Below, piece by piece: positions 13,801-22,093 of a stretch of 64,000 nucleotides of DNA (positions are counted from its first letter, which is position 1; every line of letters starts with the position of its first letter). Source of the stretch: Phoronis australis (Eukaryota > Animalia > Phoronida); NCBI GenBank assembly GCA_002633005.1, contig NMRA01000416.1:35631-99630 (forward strand), given 5' to 3'. A program made the translations under genes and the position numbers. The notes below the pieces were generated by a model. The model was given only the letters and a program-made list of their open reading frames with translations. It was not told the origin of the DNA and did not search any database.

Positions 13801-16800
13801 ACACCTAAAACACCAGGCCTGTACTCCGGAGAAACAAAAAACCCCGAGAATACAAGATTATACAAGACTTCATGCCATATCCCCACGCATTGAAAGCAAA
13901 GCACAAGACCTGACTGTTTAGCTTTACTCTTGGAATTCTTAAATCTGCAAAGGAACTTAGCCGAGATTTCAATAATGATACCAGATCTTTACCAGCCGAC
14001 AACAGTCCCAGAATGCATTTGAAAAACAACTGGTAGCAGCATTGTAGATAAAATCCCCCAAATCCACTGTGATCGCACAACATTACAACAGACTGCAACA
14101 ACAATACCGCCACGAGTCAGGATAGTGTTGAACAATGCTAACATAATATACATGTATAACAAAATCTTGAAAGTAACAAAATGAATTAAACAAAAACAGA
14201 ACACCAATGAAAACTCAAAATCGTAAGCCAGAGAATTTTAAGAAACTTAATTAACGGTAGATTTTTTCAATGAATGTATTACCATAGTAAAGTTTACATC
14301 CAACTTACAACAGTGCGACTATGGGAAGCTACCGTGGCAAGGGTATTCAAACTAAAGATACAACATCAAAAGATGACCTGAGGTTCATAGATTCAGACAA
14401 GAAGATGCACTGTGAGTGTTAAAACGAAGAGCCGAGTCACAATATAGTCAATGGTATACACAGAAAACATCAGCATTTAACACACTTTTATCTTACTGAC
14501 AGTATGGACTTTGTCATGCAGTTCAAACATGACATTCCTGTATTTGAATGTCTTGGCCCTCCAGCAAAAACACCGTCTCTTGCACGCTTATTGGCTGCTC
14601 AGGTCGTTATCAAAATTGTTTGGAGCACTAACTAAAAGAACTAAAAACAGTACAAACGTGGACTTCCGAACGCTTTCCAAACTGTTGAGGTTTGAAATGT
14701 GTTAGCATTATTTGTTAAAGTCAATTCACGCAACAAGCATTCATATATTTGTGACCTTTCTAAGTGTAAAGGAAAAGAACATTGTTAAAAAATGATGCGG
14801 GTGGGTGTTTGTTTCGTAAAACAACGATGTGCAGGTTTCCAAATAAGCTGGCTGCACACTATTTTCTTTGGCCTTACCCGACTAAACTTTCCTCTATTCC
14901 TGCCATGCGGCAGGTAGAACCTAAATCGTACCTGTTCACCCTCTGAGTCAGACTGAGAATATCACTGTACGGTGACTGGTCCTTCACCTTGATCCCATAG
15001 TAGTGATACCTGACCGGTATAAACCAGAATTAAAACAGTATGCAGCTGGCACCTTGTTCTATGCTACTTCAGAAATGTACGCAACGTGTTACACTCAAAG
15101 TGACAAAGACATTCCCTAATCTGTCAGATTATTACAGTAAGCAGAGTGTCTTGAGGAAACCACATTCGTCAAAAGGTCAGTTGCATTCATGAGAAAAAAA
15201 AACATTGTTACGGAAAATATTTTCATGTTCCATCAAAAGGAGAAACTGGTTAATCTGGATCAGTCATGGTTTTGACAAAGAAGCACACATGTGACAGGCA
15301 AAATTTTGAAAACAAGAAGAAATATTCCAGCAAAACTCTATACTCACTTGGAGTTTCCGCGGTTACCGAGTCTCCTGGTTTTTATTCTTGGAAAGACCAT
15401 GCGGATCATTTTGCCAAATCCCGCCGGGTTGGCTGGTTCAAAGTTATAGCGAACACAAAAGTCCAGATAGTGGCTGTATACCACACTCCTAGGTAAGCTG
15501 ATACCATCATGTTCTTCATACTGACCCTTCAGCCTATAACAACCCAATCTGTTTAGAAACAGCAGGCTGGAAATATTTTCTGGTTAGGTAAGCTACACAC
15601 TTCTCGACACACAATACCTAAAAATTCTTCAATTTGGGACAAAAATAATTCCTAAAATTGACATATTTTTATTTTTCAGAGGTCTATCACATTGTTGCAT
15701 ACGTTCAAAAATTAAATGTTGTTTCGGAATAGCTACGCAATGCAAATTGTACTTAAAGCAAACTAAATTTTCCTGAAAAGTTATTTTTCTTGTGAAAAAT
15801 TTGACAATATAAAATTTCATTGGTCCACCATATTGTGTCCCAAACCGAAGATTTTTTACCATAATCTGCACATAGAAAGTTACGTTTGCTGATTTTCTTT
15901 GACTTGAGCACTGCCTACAGCGAAATGGAGGCTATTTTGCTAAACTTCCTTCTGGAACAAGCGGCATAGGAATGGATCTGAACAAATTCATTCAGAAATA
16001 TATTCAGCCAAAGTTTATAAACTCAATTTTTTATTGATAATCAAAGCTATAAGATGCTGAAGAATATGGATGCTAGCAATTACAGCACATCATTACTATG
16101 AAGATGTGCACTGCAAATAAACATTTTGATATATTCTGATGTAACATCTTTAAGCATTGTTAGAAGACAGACAACAGATAATCCAAACTACATATCACAG
16201 TGGTTTACCAGGCAGTAAGTGTGTCGCCTTGCCAACAGCCACAAGTGGGCCGGCATGCCAAAAGCTGAGCCACAAGTTTGTCAGCATACCAAGGGCCATG
16301 AGAGTGCCGGCATGCCAACTGCCTTTCCACAAGCATGCCGGCATGCCAAAAGCTTAGCCACAAATGTGCTGGCTTGCCAACATCCACAAGTGAGCCGGCA
16401 TGCCAACAGCCTATCCACAAGTGTGTTGGCATGCCAAAGGCCTCGCCACAGGTCAGCATGCCAACAACGTAAACACAAGTTTGCTAGCATGCCAACAACC
16501 TAGACAAAAGTGTGCTGGCATACCATCAGCCTAGCCACAAGTGTGTTAGCATGCTAACAGCCTAGCCACAAGCCTGTCTGCATGCAAGAAGCCAATAGCT
16601 CCAAGTGTGCCGACATGCCAACAGCCTAGTCACCAGTGTTCTGGCATGCCAACAGTCTAGTCAACAGTGCGTCGGCATGCCAACAACCTATCTACAAGTG
16701 TGCCAGCAAGCCAACAGACAATCCACAGGTGTGCACCAAGTACTGAACAGTATACTTACCATTCAGCCGAGGCCGGGGCTTGTATTTGACACGCTGAGAA

Positions 16801-17873
16801 CAAATCTCTCCCATCGCCACCACGTGACTGTGTTCTACATGCAGTCTGACACTGATAATCTGCCCTCATCTTTAACATCGCCTTGCGAGCCTGCTCAAGT
16901 TCTACCATCTCACTGTCTGAAATAAGTTTGAGGTAACATGATAAATAACACAACAGATTAAATTAATTGCAGGAGGACGGTCTGGTACATGTTGTACCAG
17001 ACGTGCACAGGCCGCTCGCATGGGCCCATTGCACTGATCATCTGGTCCAGGAACCATTTTTACGCTTTATAGGTAAAACCGAGTTGAGGAGCTAGAGACC
17101 TGACTTAAGGGTCTAGCAGTGTGCCCAGTGAGACCCGTACAACCTTGAGTAAAGGAAGCGATTTAACATCTATTTCACACATGCCTCCTCAACAAACTAC
17201 AAAGATACAGTAAAAAATTTCCTTAAGTTATGAGTAGCAAATCACCTTCAGGTTAGCAGTGCTTGTTCTCATGCAGTCGCTTCAAATGGCGAGATTTTTG
17301 ACAAAATTCGGAGCCATGATCAACTCATAACTATCAGAAATAACAATGTTGATAGAAGAGAATTGGAAAAACAAGAAGCAAACCAGCAGTCTGTTTCACG
17401 AAAAATGACTTCAGACCTTCAAGACAGAAACTTGATCTTACGATCCCACTCCACAATTGCGGAATAAAGTTTAGCCAAGTAATTATGAGCGTCTTAGTCG
17501 AGAAATAATTTATAGAAATTACCTCGGTAAGTGCCAGTTATGTGTATAACCTCAAGGATAGCATTTTTATTCAAGTGACATTTAAATACTTCTCAGAAAT
17601 AGTCATGTGCAGCCTAAGACTAGTTCCTGACTTTTGTCTTAAGTCACCTTTCATGAAACAGATCCCTAAAGTAACACAACGTGAATTAAGAAATGCACAC
17701 TAAGCTATACCTATCTGAATACCGATTGGTTCCATAAGTGCTGCATTGAGAGTTATCTCCCCTGACAGTTTGGAAGGAAGATGCAACACACCGTACTTCT
17801 GGACACTGTCCAATAACTGACCAGAGTTGACCATTCTGGTTCCACATGTTGCAGAAACTTTATTCATTTCCAT
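4714..17873 (-). CDS. RFX-family winged-helix transcription factor, RFX4/6/8-like, multi-exon (11 coding exons identified; 3' end unresolved)
   Basis: Spliced translation gives the RFX DNA-binding domain [27 protein letters not shown]...[30 protein letters not shown], followed by B/C/dimerisation-type segments (IPGFPS, LYKSFCQRLLECLVRADF, MLLNFW...LCDSVLY, DFMLKW). All exons are GT-AG bounded, and phases match except at one ambiguous junction (14932/12775). Confidence 0.93.
5535..6044. mobile_element. hAT-like MITE with 6-bp TSD
   Basis: Perfect 13-bp TIR CAGGGCTTGGAAT / ATTCCAAGCCCTG; AGTTAT duplicated at 5529-5534 and 6045-6050; subterminal GCGGAA repeats. Confidence 0.85.
6102..6196 (-). 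CDS. RFX coding exon 10
   Basis: attag|AC LQEFGNMLEQLVTMEKYFVWIRSLVDRFVKK|gtaatg; matches QEF..LLE...E.Y..W...VDR of RFX4/6. Confidence 0.88.
6606..6809 (-). CDS. RFX coding exon 9
   Basis: tttcag|TT VKSFCGILQKKAELNHEVTFSRTILHCYDSVILMRVDWLKLDFNAVVSQCTWTM...RIVK T|gtaagc; contains the LNH and DW..D motifs of RFX. Confidence 0.88.
7370..7490. repeat. Dispersed repeat fragment (second copy at ~12865-12965)
   Basis: aaatgcgcccac..tgcac.gca...cttctagg..tgtttatt.gta.cata..aattggcca.taga is shared by both loci. Confidence 0.6.
7752..9926 (+). mobile_element. Helentron/HINE-like non-autonomous element(s) with ~450-bp internal tandem repeats
   Basis: About three near-identical ~450-bp units (anchor aaaactgccactaggaggcgcc at ~7930, ~8380, ~8833) built from GCCACTAG subrepeats, a (CGGA)n microsatellite at ~9268-9295, and a 3' hairpin ATGCGTCCACATAT-aa-ATATGTGGGCGCAT (9307-9336) before an A-run. 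A second, degenerate copy spans 9341-9926. The class call is inferred from architecture. Confidence 0.65.
10089..10189 (-). CDS. RFX coding exon 8
   Basis: ttttag|A LLQDIQVFCKNLVKWTCEAIGGQHPLLACGKMK G|gtaagg; matches the RFX IRxFAKxLxxW segment. Confidence 0.88.
11084..11247 (-). CDS. RFX coding exon 7
   Basis: tccag|VHSMLLNFWKSVPPHIVSSMKHKYTCELIALCDSVLYSVVENVLVPSIVQTLPV CT|gtgagt. Confidence 0.9.
11722..11799 (-). CDS. RFX coding exon 6
   Basis: cacag|VAVVLQLYKSFCQRLLECLVRADFKQ|gtcagt; equivalent to the RFX4-type YRTHCQRILDTVIRANF segment. Confidence 0.9.
12656..12775 (-). CDS. RFX coding exon 5
   Basis: tttcag|SQVDADGVGGSDIHLGHTSIIIPGFPSVQGVHCPAEMLDV|gtaatg; resembles the LLPEFP segment of RFX4/6. 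Confidence 0.75.
14932..15009 (-). CDS. RFX coding exon 4 (end of DBD)
   Basis: cag|G YHYYGIKVKDQSPYSDILSLTQRVN AG|gtacga. An alternative donor would end the exon at 14940. Confidence 0.88.
15348..15533 (-). CDS. RFX coding exon 3 (DNA-binding domain)
   Basis: tatag|G [61 protein letters not shown] AA|gtgagt. Confidence 0.95.
16215..16738. repeat. ~31-bp minisatellite (~17 degenerate units) with palindromic GGCATGCC core
   Basis: Consensus is roughly AAGTGTGCTGGCATGCCAACAGCCTAGCCAC; the array lies ~20 nt into the intron from the RFX exon 2 donor. Confidence 0.9.
16760..16916 (-). CDS. RFX coding exon 2
   Basis: tttcag|AC...SEMVELEQARKAMLK...APASAE TG|gtaagt; supplies the split Trp codon that begins the DBD. 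Confidence 0.8.
16964..17190 (-). mobile_element. tRNA-derived SINE-like repeat, copy A
   Basis: Colinear with 56793-57009 (gtctggtaca..gtaccagacgtg; gagttgaggag.tagagacctgact.aagggtc; caaccttgagtaaaggaag). Confidence 0.7.
17711..17873 (-). CDS. RFX coding exon 1 (probable ATG at 17873; acceptor at 17880-17881 implies an upstream non-coding exon)
   Basis: Minus strand reads ttttttttcttag|GTAGCCATGG (strong Kozak). Frame MEMNKVSATCG...PIGIQI is open and ends G|gtatag, phase 1, compatible with the next exon. No recognisable domain. Confidence 0.65.
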
Positions 17874-19206
17874 GGCTACCTAAGAAAAAAAAAGCCAATG
17901 CTGTACATCTACAATTAAGCAATAGTTCCTTACAATTAGGGTCCCAGATTTTAAATTGGGACCAGTTTGGTGCCTGATATTTAGTAGAGAAAACCAGTTC
18001 TCAAAATACGGGATCTACAAGTGGCAGCTGACGAGGTTACGTATTTTCTTCCTAAATGTATTCAAACATGGTGTTGGCATTTTACATCTACATAGACAGA
18101 ACATCAGAGCAGTCATTAACTTAATTCTTATTTTCACTTTTCTTTTCCTCTTGTCTGTAGCAATCTTTGTGATACATAATGTTACTTTTTATAATACTGC
18201 CATTCTCATTACTGGGTTTTTGCTTCTTTTAACTTTTTGTTATTTAAATAGTGCTGTTGTTTTACATTACTTGTTATTTGTTATTCTGAAATTGTACTGT
18301 CAGAGTCATCCAACTGGTCACGCGTTCTACTCTGAGTCTCATGCTTCTTATGGCAAACACAAATGACGTCAACTGAAATACCGGTACTTTGTCCACGGTC
18401 ATAGTACGCCCTGAAAAAGTTAATAGTGACCACAAAAGCAGACTTGGAATTCTTCGCAAAAGTCCTCTAATTCCCAAAGACATATATCGAGGAATGAATA
18501 GAACCAAAAATGGTTGCTGAAGAAAGCATTTTTTATGTGACAATTTTAAGTGTAAAATGTATTTTAACGAGGTGAAAGCCTCACATTCAGTATTGGCATT
18601 ATCCTGTAAGTTAATTAGCTCTTAATATACATGGAGATTTACAAACGCTGGTCAGAGTTAACAATATCACGTGGATTCTTTTAATATACAACTAAGCTAT
18701 ATTGAAACAAGTAAACAACACACAGTGACTTAACCCTAACTGGTACGAAAAAAGAAGCAAGTAGACATGAGTATTAAAATAAAGTAATGAAAACAGGTAT
18801 TTAAAACCAACATTCCTTTGGGAAGTGGCCCTTTGTCAATATCAACGCAAATTTACTTATTCGTCTTTTTGTATTATTTAATGATGAACCAAGTTAAAAC
18901 TGCTCTCCACATTGCAGACATTAACTCTTTGTAAATGCCAGAGAAAAACAATTTGGGTGTAATAACAATCACCATTGTTAAGAATGTAGTGCTAGCTATT
19001 ACCTTCCACTTCATTAGCTCAGATCTACATCAATACAAAGGGCTTGCTGATCAGTATCATAAAAGTTGTCTGGGGCTTAGGGAATCAGAGCGGTGACCAG
19101 TGTAAGCGAGAAATTCTCCACATGTAAAAAGTGGTAAGATAAAACCTGACACAAAATTAGTGTCATTAAAAACTACAGTCTTCCTTCAGTAAATTTAACT
19201 ATTTAA

Positions 19207-20915
19207 AGGAGAATGCCAACCGATTTAATTAGTCTTTTTCACCATCTTAATCAGTCTATATCCACATCGCCTCTTATACGGTCGACCTCACCTTGCCGAG
19301 AGGTGTTGCGTTAACTTGTGAGGAAGGTGAGAAACGACGCAGCGACTTCAGTGGTTCGTCTGCAGAGTGAATGCCGCTATATTGCGGTGCATCGTTCCCG
19401 CTTGTCCGATCTATGAAGCTGCGAAGAAAGCGAGTAAATCGTTTTTCCGACTTCCTCTAGAGCCCGAAATGCTTAGGAAGTGGATCGCGGTAGTGATGAA
19501 TGAAAGGTACGCTGTTAATAGCAAGTATGAGGCCGTGAAACATCTCTGTGTCTGTGCCCGGCATTTTGTTGACGGTGATTTCTCTAACGAATTCTGGCTT
19601 ACCAAAGAACTATTCATACGTTCCGTTGCCTGTGCAGCGTTCACGGCGCCCGAGTCTCTTAAAGTATTTCTTGATCAGTGTATTCCCGTTCAAAGTGATA
19701 GCCTGTGAAACCTAACGATCTGACCCCTGAAGACTTCGTCGGATGAGCTCTTGACTAAGTTGGGATTGGCACCGGGCGAGTTGCTATGTAGACGTTTATT
19801 ATTCTACGTTCTGTTTCAAAAATGAATTATTCTCATCCTAACCAAAGTCTGTCAAATTTGATACAATTTGTAATGCCTTTGCAGTATTCGTGAGTGCAAA
19901 TGTTGAGAAGCCAGCAATGAATAAACCACTGCGTTACCGGCTTATGGTGCCGCCAACAAAGGTAATTGACCGGGCACTGAGGCCGTGTTAGCGCATGCTA
20001 ATTCAGTGTTTGCTGACAGAAAGCTGTTGTGAGACAATTATTCGATTTTATATGCTATGGTTACATGTTAGGGGAATCTTTATTTAGAAATACAAAAACA
20101 TCATTCTAATCATTGTTACTGTACAATCATTGCCCTGACGGTCTGTGGAAGGGGAACCCGAATTCGCGGCCACTTACAAGTAAGTAGATTTTCATTTTCG
20201 TGGCTTATTCAACTAAAAAATTATGTGCACATTATTTCTTTAACTCACTATTATAGTCTTTTCGCGACTGGAGGTTTAGTTTCCAACTCAAGTTGGTTTA
20301 TGTTCGAGCCAGTCCCGGCGGCAGCAACGGGCCTGATCGGGTTCCGAGACACTAGCCAGGATAACAAAGTCAGTCCAGCCGCCGACGGGCCTGATCGGGT
20401 TCCGAGCCACTGGCCAGGATAACAAGCGTTTTTGTGTGTTTAGAATTCAAAAAATCACAAGTATAAATAACACAGATCTAGGTTTTACTGTCTATATTTC
20501 ACGGAAGAATACTTCCAATTTATCTTTGAACAGACTCCAAACTCCTGCTACGGACCTTGGTAAATTGGCCTGCGGAACTTTGTAGGCTACGATGTGTCCA
20601 CATATCAATAAATCCGTAACAGCAAAAAAACAACACATTTTTATAAGAACTCGGTGTATTTTTAAGGGTTTTACATCGAAGTTTGATGATTTATTGGAGT
20701 TAAACCGATGAATTCAAGCGATAAGCTGACACCAGTAACCCGTGTTGCAAACTGCTGAACAGACTGCATGTGAAACCAATTACGTCATTGAATAATTTCA
20801 ACACCTCCGCCTGTCGTCTAGTGTCAGGTAACGTAACCAAATGTGGCGTTGTAGAGTTGAACTACTCGATATAAATTGATACAAAATAGGTTGTTTTTTT
20901 GGGTGGCATTCTCCT
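19207..20915 (+). mobile_element. Kolobok-type non-autonomous DNA transposon, copy 2, carrying an uninterrupted THAP-domain frame
   Basis: Perfect TTAA TSD (19203-19206 and 20916-20919), TIRs AGGAGAATGCCA...TGGCATTCTCCT, and a THAP zinc finger at 19367-19708. TTAA TSD, purine-led short TIRs and THAP are Kolobok hallmarks. Confidence 0.85.
19367..19708 (+). pseudogene. THAP (C2CH zinc-finger) domain ORF with no in-frame ATG upstream of the domain
   Basis: C-IVPA-C ... FFRLP-LEPEMLRK-W ... VC-AR-HF-VDGDF ... CIP (AVP-box-like). The frame starts at GTG; the nearby ATG is out of frame. Confidence 0.75.
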
Positions 20916-20929
20916 TTAAGGGTGTTGAA

Positions 20930-22044
20930 AAAATGGCGTTCTACCGTTACTCGGCTGCTAAAGTTGTAGAGTGATCTTCTACGTGGGCTTAATGCCATCA
21001 ACGCGTCACCAATTGCAGTTTCTATTTTTGCAACGATTATTCAATCGACTGTTGTTCTTTCACGAGGTTGTGTACACGTCACAACAAATTACCGGAACTG
21101 GTTTCACTTCATTATAAGATTTTAGAATTTTGATACCGAAAAACCAAATTACAGAACAAATTTTGCTGCTGCGAAAATGTCGCAATAATTTAGGAATGGC
21201 ACGTGCGTGTGACATGAGAGCGCTGTTTTCAAAACAACAACATACTTTCATTGTTACAAAAGGTTGAGAATGACGCAAGAAAATGACGTTTGTTACATTG
21301 TTTTTCACTTAAAGTTGACTTAAACGGTTACGCCGGGCAAGGTCGGTTACCGGATACCCAGACTTTACATGCACCCGTCCGGTCGTTGGTTCTACATGTT
21401 GATACAGGTTTCACGGTGAGTTGACGAGCAGAACTACCCTGGCTGTCTGCAATTTCGGGGTCTATGGAAGAAAAACACGCAGTGGTACCTAGCTGTATTT
21501 TGTCTATTTTGACGATGAATCTTCATAGGCTGGCTCAACTGGCATTCAAAGTTCGCTCCCTGTCTTGTTCAATTCTTGTTACATAATTAAGATTTGTTTT
21601 TACAAAGCTCAACAAGCAAACAAAGCGAAAACTCCTGTGCATAAAAACTAAGCCCGTATTGAAGCGGAATTGAAAAATACCTCACCAGTCAAGGAAAATT
21701 CCTAAGAAAATATTTGAGATGTCTGACCATTTTGGAACACATGCGTTTGTTTACGTGAACTGCAAGCGGCATCTGTTGGACGATTACGCGCCAAACATTT
21801 GTTACAATTTTTTGCTTTTGCAATGCTGCCGTTAGCTCCGTCTTTTAGGATCCTGGGTGAAAAGTATTCAAGAGTTTTGATCTGTTCCTAAGTAGGTGAC
21901 TTTTCACTTTTAATCCAATTCGACGAACAATACCAATAATGTATTAGAGATTAGTTGTCTCCCCCAGTCCACGTGATGCGAAAGTTCATTCAAGGAGCAG
22001 AACAGTGTTCGTCTGTCAAGAAATGTGACTGTGAGCCTTTAAAA
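20930..22044. promoter_or_regulatory. CpG-enriched putative bidirectional promoter region shared by RFX (-) and RasGAP (+)
   Basis: Locally high CpG density in otherwise CpG-poor DNA. It lies directly upstream of the RasGAP ATG and contains a candidate minus-strand donor (gtgag; plus-strand ctcac at 21681-21685) for a non-coding RFX first exon, plus a CACGTG E-box near 21970. Confidence 0.55.
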
Positions 22045-22093
22045 ATGGGCGAAAGTTCTGTCCGTGTCGAAGAGCATTTGCGCGTGAGGATCG
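22045..22093 (+). CDS. RASA3: RasGAP exon 1
   Basis: aaa[21 protein letters not shown]|gtaggt; joins in phase to GT GAG GCC (GEAK) at 42722. Confidence 0.85.

Noticed and set aside
13465-14630. Candidate extra RFX exons at ~13470-13530 and ~14500-14630
   Set aside because: The acceptor/donor pairs tested gave stops, the wrong phase, or needed a weak donor, and none showed RFX similarity.
16215-16738. CRISPR-like array (palindromic ~30-bp repeats)
   Set aside because: The units are contiguous degenerate tandem copies with no unique spacers, there are no cas genes, and the context is a spliceosomal intron.
16157-16925. Several overlapping ORFs with ACRH/GMP repeats
   Set aside because: They are by-products of the minisatellite, open on both strands. 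Only the minus-strand segment 16760-16916 is supported as an exon.
17956-18366. 136-aa hydrophobic ORF as a membrane protein
   Set aside because: It has a non-ATG start, and the T-rich low-complexity intronic DNA explains the Phe/Leu/Ile bias.
19327-19365. GT-AG mini-intron upstream of the THAP frame (conserved gt(a/g)ag...ctgcag in both copies)
   Set aside because: At 39 nt it is shorter than typical animal introns, and I found no upstream in-frame ATG that it would connect.
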